A stretch of DNA of 64,000 bases from contig CBDCNM010000002.1 of the NCBI GenBank assembly GCA_965219385.1, positions 32,639 through 96,638 of the forward strand. Direction: 5' to 3'. Positions 9,346 through 19,116 of this stretch are shown in pieces. The notes below the pieces were generated by a model, which did not search any database, was not told where the DNA came from, and worked only from the letters and a program-made list of their open reading frames with translations. How positions within the stretch are numbered: the first letter of the stretch is position 1; each line of letters starts with the position of its first letter. Source of the stretch: Candidatus Latescibacterota bacterium (GTDB lineage Bacteria; Latescibacterota; UBA2968; UBA8231). Both the position numbers and the translations under genes were made by a program.

Positions 9346-10467
9346 ATGGATCTGGCAACAAAGATACTCAACGGCCTGGCCCTGACCAAACCGCAACGGC
9401 GATTTCTGCAGACCTTATTTATGACCATACTCATTACTTGAGGCAAAATTAACTTTCGCAATCTGGCCCGCTACAGTGCCCCCTCGGAGAAGACCTATTC
9501 GCGGCAGTTTGCCCAGTCAATGGACTGGACGGGCTTCAATCGGAGTCTCATTAATGCGGTCTTTGGCCCCGCCAGCGAGCGGGTGGTAGCCTTCGACCCC
9601 AGTTTTATTCCTAAAGCCGGTAACCACACCTTTGGGCCGGCTCCTTTCTGGAATGGGACCCAGCGCCGATCCGAAAAAGGGCTAGAGGTATCGGCCCTAG
9701 CCGTGATTGACCTACAGCGGAATCAGGGCTTGACCTTGTCGATGCGGCAAACCCGACCCGTTGACCCCGAGGACGAAGCCACCTTGATCGACCAGTATGT
9801 CCAGCACATCCAACAAGTCCAGCACATCCAACAAGTCCAGCCCCACTTGTTGCCGTCCGAGTCGTATCTGTGCGTCGACGGGGGCTTAGCCCGCAAGAAG
9901 CTGGTCGATGGCGTGGGGGCGGTCGGCTGCCATCTCATCGGCAAACTCCGCCATGATGCCCGGAGGCGCTATCTGTATCAAGGCCCCAAACGACCGGGGC
10001 GAGGCCGGCAGAAAGTCTACGACGGACCCGTCGATTGGACCGATCGGCGCCGCCTGGAGCTGGTCGGCCACGATAAGACCTTTTATCTGTATACGGCCCA
10101 ACTCAATCATGTCCGCTTCCAACGCACCCTGCGCGTCGTCCGCCTGGTCCCCTTGCCCACGGCCAAGCAACAGGCTCAGGTGCTGCTGTTTTCTACCGAT
10201 ACCCAGTTGGATCCCTGGACGATTTACCGCTATTACAAAGCTCGCTTTCAAATCGAGTTTCTTTTCCGCGAGGGCAAACAGTTTACCGGCTTGACGGAGG
10301 CGCAAGTGCGGGATGAAGCCCGCTTAGCCTTTCATTTTAACGCCTCGCTGACCACCCTCAATCTGGCCAAAGCCGAACTGCTTGAAGGCCAACCGGCCGA
10401 CCAACCGGCCACCTGCTCCGTAGCCCGTCTCAAAGCCCAGTATTTTAATCAGCATTACCTGGATTGA
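9346..10467 (+). pseudogene. IS4/IS5-superfamily DDE transposase with in-frame TGA (9439-9441)
   Basis: N-terminus MDLATKILNGLALTKPQRRFLQTLFMTILIT*GKINFRNLARYS is continuous in frame with ORF 9520-10467. C-terminal Y-x2-R-x3-E-x6-K signature (YYKARFQIEFLFREGK). Internal 18-bp in-frame duplication (QHIQQVQHIQQVQ). Confidence 0.6.
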
Positions 10468-10590
10468 TCTATTTCCATCTTCGAGTTGGACCCAACCTGG
10501 ATTAAAAACCACCCCGAGTATCCACGCTTGAGGGACTACGGCAAAATGGCCGCCTAAAACTGTCCACAGTATTGTTCAAGGGAAACAAAC

Positions 10591-11331
10591 ATGTCCGAAC
10601 GCAAGAAACTGTTCATCACCGGCGCCGCTGGTCTGGTTGGATCCGCCCTGCGGCGCTATCTGCGAGAGCGCTACGCTTTCCGACTTCTCTTCCACTCCAG
10701 AATCCCCGAGGTAGAACCCGAGGACGAGGTCGTGGTCTCGGATCTGGCCAACTTCGAAAACATGGTGGAAGCCTGCGATGGGGTTGATGCCATCGCCCAT
10801 CTGGGCATAGCCGTCCCCGGGAAGGACGCCCCGCGCACCCTCTACAACCAGATGATCATGGAGACCAATATTCAAGGTACTTACAACATCTTCGAAGCAG
10901 CCCGCATCAACAAGGTACCCAAAGTGATTTTCGCCAGCACCAACCACGTGACCGGCTTTTATGAAAAAGAAGGCATCTACACCACCCCGGATATGCCGGT
11001 GCGGCCCGACAGCATGTACGGGATCAGCAAGGCCTTCGGCGAGGCCATGGGGCGCCACTACCACGACCAGTACGGCATGTCGGTCTACTGCATACGGATC
11101 GCCAATTTTCCCAACACTGACCAAGTCAACACCGACTACGAACCAGGTTTGAACCGTTGGCTTAGCGCCCGCGATATGGCCGAACTCACGGCCTGCTGCA
11201 TCGAGGCCCCGCATCCCCGGTTCGGGATTTTTTACGGCGTCTCTAAAGGCGCCGAGAAAAAGTGGGACCTTGCCAACGCCAGAGAACTGGTGGGCTGGGA
11301 ACCCCGGGACAGCGGCGTCAAATCCACGTGA
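10591..11331 (+). CDS. NAD(P)-dependent epimerase/dehydratase (short-chain SDR family)
   Basis: TGAAGLVGS glycine-rich loop. YGISK (YxxxK) catalytic motif. 246 aa. Confidence 0.8.
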   Translation: MSERKKLFITGAAGLVGSALRRYLRERYAFRLLFHSRIPEVEPEDEVVVSDLANFENMVEACDGVDAIAHLGIAVPGKDAPRTLYNQMIMETNIQGTYNIFEAARINKVPKVIFASTNHVTGFYEKEGIYTTPDMPVRPDSMYGISKAFGEAMGRHYHDQYGMSVYCIRIANFPNTDQVNTDYEPGLNRWLSARDMAELTACCIEAPHPRFGIFYGVSKGAEKKWDLANARELVGWEPRDSGVKST

Positions 11332-11975
11332 CCGACGTCGCTCAACTGGGCGGCGGGTATGCCGACTCCCGCCCCGACCCCCATCCCACGGTCCAGGCTG
11401 TTCTGGAGGCGGCCCGGTCCGGCTCCGCGCATGCCCACCTGGCCGTCCTCTGCGGTCCTCCGGGCGTGGGCAAGAGCGCCGCGGCCGCCCAACTGGTGGG
11501 GCACATCCCCCATTCCTTGTGGATTGACAAGGATGTCACGGCCGCCGGTTTTGTCCTCCAGGCGGCCCGGGATCAGGGACAGCCGACTTCCGCGGCCTAC
11601 GGCACGGACCACTACTGGGCCGCATTGCGCCCCCTCGAATACGCCGGCCCCACCGCCCTGGCCTGCGCCAATTTGATCGGTACTCGCCTGGTCTTCCTGG
11701 TCGGCGGCTGGGGCCCCGAGCTGTCGGTAGCGCACCTGTGGACCGGCTTGCGCGCCCGGATCGCACCGGCCCGCCTGAGTGTCATCCACCTGGATGCCCC
11801 ACCCCTGGAGATCTGGCGCGGCCGCATGGCCGCCCGCGGCTCCCGCGGCGATTCCCCCTATTTCGAAAACCTCGCCGCCGCGACCAAACTGCCGGTCTGG
11901 GAGGGCGCAATGCGGATCTCGACCAACCAGCCGCTCAATGCCGTGACCCAGGCCGTCCTTCAGGCCCTGGCGTGA
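11328..11975 (+). CDS. P-loop NTPase (predicted kinase / AAA-like)
   Basis: GTG 11328 overlaps upstream TGA (GTGA). Walker A GPPGVGKS. No further family resolution. Confidence 0.5.
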   Translation: MTDVAQLGGGYADSRPDPHPTVQAVLEAARSGSAHAHLAVLCGPPGVGKSAAAAQLVGHIPHSLWIDKDVTAAGFVLQAARDQGQPTSAAYGTDHYWAALRPLEYAGPTALACANLIGTRLVFLVGGWGPELSVAHLWTGLRARIAPARLSVIHLDAPPLEIWRGRMAARGSRGDSPYFENLAAATKLPVWEGAMRISTNQPLNAVTQAVLQALA

Positions 11976-12069
11976 GAAGACTTCCGTAAATTTCGCTTGA
12001 CAATCCGGCTTTCCGCACCTACTCTTTAAAACTCCTTATCCGCCATCCGCCCTTTCAAGGCGCTTTCCC

Positions 12070-13329
12070 ATGTCCGCAGTCCACAGCGCTTTTGGCTATC
12101 TGGCCTTGCTCGGCATTTCCTGGCTGGTGGGACAACGCACCCGTTTGATTCCCTGGAAAACCATCGCCATCGCCTCGCTTCTGCAGCTCGTCCTCACCGG
12201 CCTCCTGGTCCGGACCGGCCTGCGGCACTACATCTTCGGAATCGTCGAAAACCTCACCCAGCTACTCCGCTCCACGGCGCTCAAGGCCAACGAATCCCTG
12301 CTCTTCTCCGGCGTCACCAGCGCCCAGTTCACCCAGACCTACGGACCTGTAGTAGCTCTCGAGATCGCCGCTATCCTGATCTTTGTGGCCTCGCTTGCGC
12401 GCATCCTCTACCACTACCGCATCCTGCCCTGGATCATCGCCCGACTCAGCCGCTTCATGCAGCGCGTTCTGGGCATCAGCTCGGCCGAAAGCGTGGGAGC
12501 GGCGGCCAATATCTTCCTGGGCATGACCGAGTCCCCCCTGCTGATCCGGCCCTATGTGAGCCGCATGACCCAGAGCGAACTCTTCTGTTTGATGACGGTG
12601 GGCATGGCTACTATCGCCGGCACCGTCATGGTTATCTACGCCACCATCCTGGGCTCTGCCCATCCCGAAATCGCCGGCCATCTGTTCACGGCGTCGCTGA
12701 TCAGTGCGCCTGCAGCCATTGTCGTGGCCAAGCTCATGATGCCCGAAACCGGAGAGCCCGAAACAGCTAAAAGACAGGTAGAGCTGCCGCGTGACGATAC
12801 CCTCAATGGGCTCGATGCGGCGGCCCGGGGCGCGGCCGAAGGCATGCACCTCGTCCTCAATATCATGGCCATGCTGATCGCCTTCATCGGCTTGGTCGCC
12901 CTGGCCAATCTCGTCATCGGCAAGGTGGATATCTGGATCAACGGCAGCGCCGGCGGCGCCTGGAGCCTGCAGGCTGCCGTCGGCATTGTCTTCCGTCCCT
13001 TTGTCTGGCTCATGGGCATTTCCTGGCAGGAAACCCGCCTGGTCGGGGAATTGATGGGGCTGAAAACCATTCTCAACGAATTCGTAGCCTACCTGGAACT
13101 GGCGCGCCACGCGGCCGGTCCCCAAGCCCTGGGCGAACGCCCCTTTATCATTGCCACCTACGCGATGTGCGGCTTTGCCAATTTTGGCTCCGTCGCCATC
13201 ATGATCGGCGGCATCGGCAGCATTGCCCCGGAGCGCCGGGGCGACCTGGCCCGCCTGGGTTTGCGCTCGCTGATCGGCGGCACCCTGGCAACCATGCTAA
13301 CCGCTTGTATGATCGGAATTTATCTATAG
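12070..13329 (+). CDS. concentrative nucleoside transporter (NupC/CNT family)
   Basis: 419 aa polytopic membrane protein. C-terminal …YAMCGFANFGSVAIMIGGIGSIAP… typical of CNT family. Confidence 0.8.
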   Translation: MSAVHSAFGYLALLGISWLVGQRTRLIPWKTIAIASLLQLVLTGLLVRTGLRHYIFGIVENLTQLLRSTALKANESLLFSGVTSAQFTQTYGPVVALEIAAILIFVASLARILYHYRILPWIIARLSRFMQRVLGISSAESVGAAANIFLGMTESPLLIRPYVSRMTQSELFCLMTVGMATIAGTVMVIYATILGSAHPEIAGHLFTASLISAPAAIVVAKLMMPETGEPETAKRQVELPRDDTLNGLDAAARGAAEGMHLVLNIMAMLIAFIGLVALANLVIGKVDIWINGSAGGAWSLQAAVGIVFRPFVWLMGISWQETRLVGELMGLKTILNEFVAYLELARHAAGPQALGERPFIIATYAMCGFANFGSVAIMIGGIGSIAPERRGDLARLGLRSLIGGTLATMLTACMIGIYL

Positions 13330-13493
13330 CTATAAGAAGCCGTCTCAAAATTAAGAAGGCTTCTAAGGTGTATTCTAAAAATTGTTCGACAAACACAAAA
13401 AGTCAGGGGAACATTTAACACCGAAAAACGTCTTTCAGGCAGATCCTGAAAACCAGGGCCTGGGCGCAATCATCAAAAGACCAACCAATCAGA

Positions 13494-13745
13494 ATGGCAA
13501 AAGAACGCAAATCCGCTTACCGTTCCCGGTTCGATGGCCACCGTCGCCTCGCTGCTGCTGTAATCCTCCAGGCTATAAAGGACACCTCCTCCACCTCCTC
13601 CGACCAGGAACGCGAGATGGCCGTGGAATTTCTGGAAGGCGATATGTGGCCCTTCTCCGATGTTCTCGACCTTCCCGCAGACGGCAACGCTCTGAAGAAT
13701 TATCTGGATAAGCTAAGAGAAGAAGCTCCCCCGATGAACGGGTAG
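13494..13745 (+). CDS. hypothetical small protein (83 aa)
   Basis: Only ORF in a 540-bp lower-GC intergenic stretch. No SD. Weak call. Confidence 0.2.
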   Translation: MAKERKSAYRSRFDGHRRLAAAVILQAIKDTSSTSSDQEREMAVEFLEGDMWPFSDVLDLPADGNALKNYLDKLREEAPPMNG

Positions 13746-13867
13746 TACTGCTTGGCATCCGGTCTGCAATACCGCTTACAAGCCAGCAGGGTCTTGGAAA
13801 CCGTCTTAGAATAGAAGCCTTCTTGGAGGCTGTTTGCGCGAGGCCGTATCTCGAGAGGAATTGCCCG

Positions 13868-14626
13868 ATGCAAGGTATGCGGTATCTGAGCCTGTGGGGA
13901 ACGATGCTGGTTTGCGGTCTGACCGTCGTCCGGGCGCAACCCCCGGCCGTCGAGCAGATCATCGACAGGATGGATAGACTCTACCGCAGCCGCACCAGCT
14001 ACAGCCTCGTCGAGATGGTCATAGTAAATCCCAACTGGCAACGGCAGTTGCGCATGAAGATGTGGACCGAGGGCATGGACAAAACCTTCATCCACATTGT
14101 CGCCCCCAAAAAAGACGCCGGCGTAGCCACCCTCCGCCTGGACGCGGAGATGTGGAACTACTTTCCAAAGATCGATAAGGTCATGAAGGTGCCGCCCTCG
14201 ATGATGATGAGTTCCTGGATGGGCTCGGACTTTACCAACGACGACTTGGTGAAAGAAAGCACCCTGATGGAAGATTACCTGCCGCGGCTCCTCGAGAACG
14301 ACCCCGAAAAACCCGAACTCTATCTCATTGAACTCACTCCCAGGGAGCAAGCCCCGACCGTATGGGGCCGGATCGTCCTCGAGATTCAGCGGCGGGATTT
14401 GATGCCGCAGCGCGAAACCTACTACGATGAAAAGGGCCGCAAGATGCGGCGCATCGAATTCAGCGATGTCAGGGATTTAGGCGGTCGGCAGATCCCCGCG
14501 ACCATGGAGTTGATTCCATTGAACAAGGAGGGGCACAGGACCATTATCCGCTACCTCGAAGCCGGCTTCGACGAGAAACTCGCCGGCGATGTCTTCACCC
14601 TGCGCAATCTGCGCAAGAGGAGATAG
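13868..14626 (+). CDS. LolA-like outer-membrane lipoprotein-sorting/carrier family protein
   Basis: Signal peptide MRYLSLWGTMLVCGLTVVRA. ~250 aa. Sits immediately upstream of FtsX-FtsX-ABC genes, as commonly seen for this family. Confidence 0.65.
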   Translation: MQGMRYLSLWGTMLVCGLTVVRAQPPAVEQIIDRMDRLYRSRTSYSLVEMVIVNPNWQRQLRMKMWTEGMDKTFIHIVAPKKDAGVATLRLDAEMWNYFPKIDKVMKVPPSMMMSSWMGSDFTNDDLVKESTLMEDYLPRLLENDPEKPELYLIELTPREQAPTVWGRIVLEIQRRDLMPQRETYYDEKGRKMRRIEFSDVRDLGGRQIPATMELIPLNKEGHRTIIRYLEAGFDEKLAGDVFTLRNLRKRR

Positions 14627-14631
14627 GGTCT

Positions 14632-15843
14632 ATGATGGTTGCCCGCATGGCCTTCAGGAATATCTTCCGGCAAAAGCGGCGTTCTCTCCTGACCGCCTTG
14701 ATGATGGTGGGCGGTTTTGTCCTCTCTTCCATCTCTCTGGGCATCTCGGACGGCAGCTATTCCCATTTCATAGACTTGTTTACGCGCGATCACACCGGCC
14801 ATGTCCAGGTGCATCGAGCCGGTTACCTGGAGCGACCATCGCTCTACAAAACCTTTGAATTTCCAGATAAACTGGGCCGCGTGATCGAGGAACTGCCCTA
14901 TGTGGAAGCCTGGAGTCCGCGGGTGCACTCGGTGGCCCTGGCCTTCCGCGGGCCCAAGACCACGGGGGTGCAACTCGTGGGCGTAGATCCGCTCAGAGAG
15001 GCACGGACCACACGCCTGAAACACAAGGTGCGACAGGGTCGTTTCATCGCCGCCGAACCAGGCCCCGAAATGATGGTCGGGGAGGGATTGGCGCGAATCC
15101 TGAGGGTGGGGCCGGGGGATGAGGTGGTGCTGATTGGCCAGGCCGCCGATGGTTCCATAGCCAACGATCTTTTCGCGGTCGTCGGGGTCGTGGGCGGCAG
15201 CGGCGCAGCGCGGATGAACTGCTACGTGCACCTCCAGACCGCGCAGGAATTCCTCGCGCTGGGCGCCCGCGTCCACGAAATGGCGGTGGTGCTCACGCAT
15301 CAGGCGCAAGCCCGCCTCATGGCAGAGCGGATTCAGCGGACCCTGGACGATAGCCTGCTGGCTGTAGACCCCTGGCAGGTGGTCGAACGGCAGTTTTACC
15401 AGGCCATGCAGGCAGATGTCGAAGGAATGTGGTTGTCCCTGACCATCATCATGTCCATCGTCGCCATTGGCGTGCTCAACACCGTGCTGATGACCATCCT
15501 CGAACGGACCCGCGAGTTCGGCGTTTTGCGGGCCTTGGGCACCCGGCCTTGGGCGGTGTTCAAGATGATTGTTCTGGAAACCACCTTTCTGGCTGTTTTG
15601 AGCATCCTGCCCGCATCCGCCCTCAGCCTGTTGGGCAACTACGCGCTCTCGATACAGGGCATTCCCCTGCCCACAGCCATTGAATACGGGGGGATCCAGT
15701 GGGACGAAATAATCAGCAAGGTCTCATTTAAAAGCCTCTGGCTTCCGGGCCTGGTGGTTTTTGTAACGGCCGTGGTGGTGAGCGTCTTTCCGGCGCTGCG
15801 CGCCGCCCGGATAACCCCGGTCAAAGCGATGAGGGCGCATTAG
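14632..15843 (+). CDS. ABC transporter permease, FtsX/LolCE/MacB-like
   Basis: N-terminal TM, large periplasmic domain, C-terminal 3-TM FtsX domain (…FGVLRALGTRPWAVFKM…). Confidence 0.85.
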   Translation: MMVARMAFRNIFRQKRRSLLTALMMVGGFVLSSISLGISDGSYSHFIDLFTRDHTGHVQVHRAGYLERPSLYKTFEFPDKLGRVIEELPYVEAWSPRVHSVALAFRGPKTTGVQLVGVDPLREARTTRLKHKVRQGRFIAAEPGPEMMVGEGLARILRVGPGDEVVLIGQAADGSIANDLFAVVGVVGGSGAARMNCYVHLQTAQEFLALGARVHEMAVVLTHQAQARLMAERIQRTLDDSLLAVDPWQVVERQFYQAMQADVEGMWLSLTIIMSIVAIGVLNTVLMTILERTREFGVLRALGTRPWAVFKMIVLETTFLAVLSILPASALSLLGNYALSIQGIPLPTAIEYGGIQWDEIISKVSFKSLWLPGLVVFVTAVVVSVFPALRAARITPVKAMRAH

Positions 15844-17064
15844 ATGCGCTTGTTGATCAAGCTGGCCTGGCGCAATATCTTCCGCAACACCCGCAGGACC
15901 CTTCTGGCCGGTCTGGCCATAGGCATTGGCCTGGCCGCGCTGATCTTTATGGACGCGCTCGTCATCGGCATGGAAGAGAGCATGATCCGCACCGCGACCC
16001 ACACCTTCCTCGGCCAGGCCCAGATCCACGCCAAAGGCTTCAGGTCCACCTTCGAAGTCGAAAAGACCATCGAGGATCTCGACGGCGTCTTGCAGGGCTT
16101 GAACGGCGAAAAGCAGGTCTACAGCTATGCACTCCGCACCCAGGCTTTTGCCATGCTTAACTCGCCGGCCGATTTTGGCGCAGTCATGCTCTTCGGCATT
16201 GATCCACAGCGTGAAGCAGCGGTCTCCAAAATCGACGAAGCCCTGGTACAGGGCGGGTACCTGGAGGGCAAAGGACAGATTCTGATCGGGTCCAAATTGG
16301 CTGAAATCCTCGCGGTGGAGCTGGGCGATCGGGTGGTGGTCACGGTGGCGCAGGCTGGAACCGGTGAGTTGATGCAGGAGCTGTTCCGGGTGCGCGGGGT
16401 CTTTCACCTCAATGTCCGTGAGATGGACAGGGACATGGCTTTTATCGAACTGGGCGAGGCCCAGGAACTGCTCGCCCTGGGCAAGAGAGTACACGAGATC
16501 GCCCTGCACTTCGACGAGATCGCCCTGGCCGGCGATCCAAGCAGCGGGTTCTGGGCGCGCTACGGGCGCGACGGCAACGAAGCCCTGGGCTGGAAACAGC
16601 TCGTGCCCGAGTTGGATGCGGTCCTGCAGTTGTCGCAGTCCTCCATGTGGATGTTCACCCTGATTCTCTTTGGGGTGGTGGCGCTGAGCATCATGAACAC
16701 CCTCTTCATGTCGCTCTACGAAAGGATGTTCGAATTCGGGATCCTGCGGGCGGTGGGCACCCGGCCGCTGAGGATGGCGTCCATGGTCCTCTTCGAGGCC
16801 GGCGGTCTCGCCCTCATCAGCATTGCGCTGGGCTCGGTGCTCGGCTTTGCCGTGACGTATTATGCATCCTTCCACGGGGTCGATTACGTGGGCATCGAGT
16901 ACGGGGGGGTGACCTTCCGCGAACTCATATACCCTGTTCTACGGCCCGGCCAGTTTGTCGCCTTTCCGTTCTGGGTGCTCTTATTCGCTCTGGTCGCCGG
17001 GATTTATCCGGCCGTCTTCGCAGCCCGGCTCAAGCCCGCCGCGGCCATGCGCAGGAGTTTTTGA
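15844..17064 (+). CDS. ABC transporter permease, FtsX/LolCE/MacB-like (second copy)
   Basis: Same architecture (…FGILRAVGTRPLRMASMV…). ATG directly follows upstream TAG. Confidence 0.85.
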   Translation: MRLLIKLAWRNIFRNTRRTLLAGLAIGIGLAALIFMDALVIGMEESMIRTATHTFLGQAQIHAKGFRSTFEVEKTIEDLDGVLQGLNGEKQVYSYALRTQAFAMLNSPADFGAVMLFGIDPQREAAVSKIDEALVQGGYLEGKGQILIGSKLAEILAVELGDRVVVTVAQAGTGELMQELFRVRGVFHLNVREMDRDMAFIELGEAQELLALGKRVHEIALHFDEIALAGDPSSGFWARYGRDGNEALGWKQLVPELDAVLQLSQSSMWMFTLILFGVVALSIMNTLFMSLYERMFEFGILRAVGTRPLRMASMVLFEAGGLALISIALGSVLGFAVTYYASFHGVDYVGIEYGGVTFRELIYPVLRPGQFVAFPFWVLLFALVAGIYPAVFAARLKPAAAMRRSF

Positions 17065-17067
17065 ACC

Positions 17068-17769
17068 ATGGACCACCACGGTGATGAAGTGATCCGGGTC
17101 ACAGGGGTCTCCAAGATCTACCACATCGGTGAGGTCGAGGTCCGGGCTCTCCGGGAGATTGATTTGAGGATAGATAAAGGAGAGTTTACCGCCATCGCCG
17201 GTCCTTCCGGCTCGGGCAAGTCCACCTTGCTCAACCTCATCAGCGGACTCGACGCGCCTACATCGGGGCGCGTGTTCCTGGCCGGCCGGCCTCTGGGCGG
17301 TTTGAGCGGCAACCAGCTCTCCGACTTCCGGCGCGATCACATTGGTTTCATCTTTCAATCCTACAACTTGATCCCGGTGCTCACGGTCAGGGAAAACATC
17401 GAGTACATCATGCTGCTCCAGGGAGTCGGAGAAGTGGCGCGGCGCCAGCGCGTGGCCGCCATCCTCCGGGAGATGGACCTCGAAGGCATGGAGGGCCGGC
17501 GTCCAGAACAGCTTTCCGGGGGACAGCAGCAGCGCGTGGCCATGGCCCGGGCCATGGTCTCGGCGCCGGATCTGATCCTGGCCGACGAACCCACGGCCAA
17601 CCTGGATTCGGCCACGGGAGCGGGCTTGCTCGACATGATGCGGGAATTGAACGAGAAGAACGGCATGACCTTTGTTTTCTCGACCCACGACCAGATGATC
17701 ATGGAGCGGGCCCGGAGGCTGGTGGTGCTCAGGGATGGGCAGGTCGATCGGGATGAGGTGAAGGGGTGA
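17068..17769 (+). CDS. ABC transporter ATP-binding protein (LolD/MacB ATPase-like)
   Basis: Walker A GPSGSGKST. Signature LSGGQQQRVAMARA. Walker B LILADEPT. Confidence 0.9.
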   Translation: MDHHGDEVIRVTGVSKIYHIGEVEVRALREIDLRIDKGEFTAIAGPSGSGKSTLLNLISGLDAPTSGRVFLAGRPLGGLSGNQLSDFRRDHIGFIFQSYNLIPVLTVRENIEYIMLLQGVGEVARRQRVAAILREMDLEGMEGRRPEQLSGGQQQRVAMARAMVSAPDLILADEPTANLDSATGAGLLDMMRELNEKNGMTFVFSTHDQMIMERARRLVVLRDGQVDRDEVKG

Positions 17770-19091
17770 GGGGGGGATGGGTGGCGGCCCTGCGGGAGGT
17801 AGGCCTCGGGCGTTTTTGCTTTCGCTGTCTTCCGCTGTCGTCGACCTTGAGTGGTTTATCTGCTTTATTGTGGATATTCGCGGCGTGTTTCCTGGCGGCA
17901 ACCCAGCCTGGAGTCGCGGAGGAGTTGAGGTTCAGCGGGTACCTGAAGAGTTTTTTTACCGTGCTGGATTCTCCTTCAATCGGAGCCCTGGAGAGAGAGC
18001 CGCTCGAAGGCGTAGGATTGAATCGACTGCGGCTCAGGGTATTGTGGGAAAAGAGGGCGTTTGCAACCGAGTTGGCCTACGAATTGGCGCCCCGGGTGCA
18101 GGGGGATACAGGGTGGTTGTCAGGGGCCGAGTTGCCGCGGCCGGCGCCGCTTTCCTACCGGGCCTTTGATTTGCGGAGTTGGGTATATCCCGCCCGTGGA
18201 CGGCCCGAGGGATCCTTTGCCCTGCCGCACAACCTCGACCGGGCTTCCATTACCTTTTCTGCCGCGGTTGCGGATTTTTCCGTGGGCCGCCAGCCGGTAG
18301 CCTTTGGCTCGGCCCGGGTCTTGAATCCCACGGATATCATTGCCCCTTTCACCTACGAAGAACTGGACAAGGAAGAGCGGGTCGGGGTGGATGCTGTAAG
18401 GGTGCGGGTGCCCACCGGAGACTTGAGTGAGCTGGACGCGGGGGTGGTCTTCGGGGACAAATTCAAGCCGGCGGAGAGTGCGGTGTTTGTGCGCGGGCGG
18501 TTTTATCTGCGGGAGGCGGATGTGGCGCCCGTGGTGGTGATTTTCAGGGAAAATTTGTTGCTCGGGGTGAATATGGCTCGCGCGCTTGGAGGAGCGGTGT
18601 ACTGGCTGGAGGCCGGCTACACTCTTGCCGGCATTGTGGACGACTATCAAAAAGAGGAAAACTATGCGCGGTTTTCCACCGGCCTTGACTATAGTTTCGC
18701 CAGCAAGCTCTACGGCTTCGCGGAGTACCACCTGAACGGAGCGGGGTCGGGTCGGGCCGCGAGCTACCTGGGGCGGTTGGGCAGAAGGGCTTATACCGAA
18801 GGGCGGGTCTATCTTCTGGGGCGGCACTACATCGCCCCGGGGCTCATTTTCCAGGCCACGCCTTTGCTTGTAGCCCATGCCCATGCCCTGGTGAATATGA
18901 GCGATGGCTCGGCTTTTCTTGCGCCGCGGCTGGAATATAGCTTTAGCGAGGATGTCTTTGTCGAGGTCGGGGCGCTTGAGGGGCTGGGAAGGGGCGTGAA
19001 AACCAGGGACGCACCCCTTCTGCCGGCGCCGCGCTCGGAGTTCGGGCTGTATCCGGATATTTATTTCAGTTCGATGCGGCTTTATTTTTAA
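17766..19091 (+). CDS. outer-membrane beta-barrel protein (porin-like), last gene of the ABC operon
   Basis: GTG overlaps upstream TGA. Hydrophobic signal-like N-region. Alternating-hydrophobic strands. C-terminal …SSMRLYF aromatic terminus. Confidence 0.6.
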   Translation: MRGGWVAALREVGLGRFCFRCLPLSSTLSGLSALLWIFAACFLAATQPGVAEELRFSGYLKSFFTVLDSPSIGALEREPLEGVGLNRLRLRVLWEKRAFATELAYELAPRVQGDTGWLSGAELPRPAPLSYRAFDLRSWVYPARGRPEGSFALPHNLDRASITFSAAVADFSVGRQPVAFGSARVLNPTDIIAPFTYEELDKEERVGVDAVRVRVPTGDLSELDAGVVFGDKFKPAESAVFVRGRFYLREADVAPVVVIFRENLLLGVNMARALGGAVYWLEAGYTLAGIVDDYQKEENYARFSTGLDYSFASKLYGFAEYHLNGAGSGRAASYLGRLGRRAYTEGRVYLLGRHYIAPGLIFQATPLLVAHAHALVNMSDGSAFLAPRLEYSFSEDVFVEVGALEGLGRGVKTRDAPLLPAPRSEFGLYPDIYFSSMRLYF

Positions 19092-19116
19092 CGGAGTGCG
19101 CCCATGCTTCCCCAAT

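Noticed and set aside
13330-13867. Lower-GC 540-bp spacer between nupC and the LolA-like gene considered as a MITE derived from IS5-A
   Set aside because: IR-like motifs at its two sides are in the same rather than inverted orientation, and the right-side match is poor. It is kept only as a solo-IR observation.
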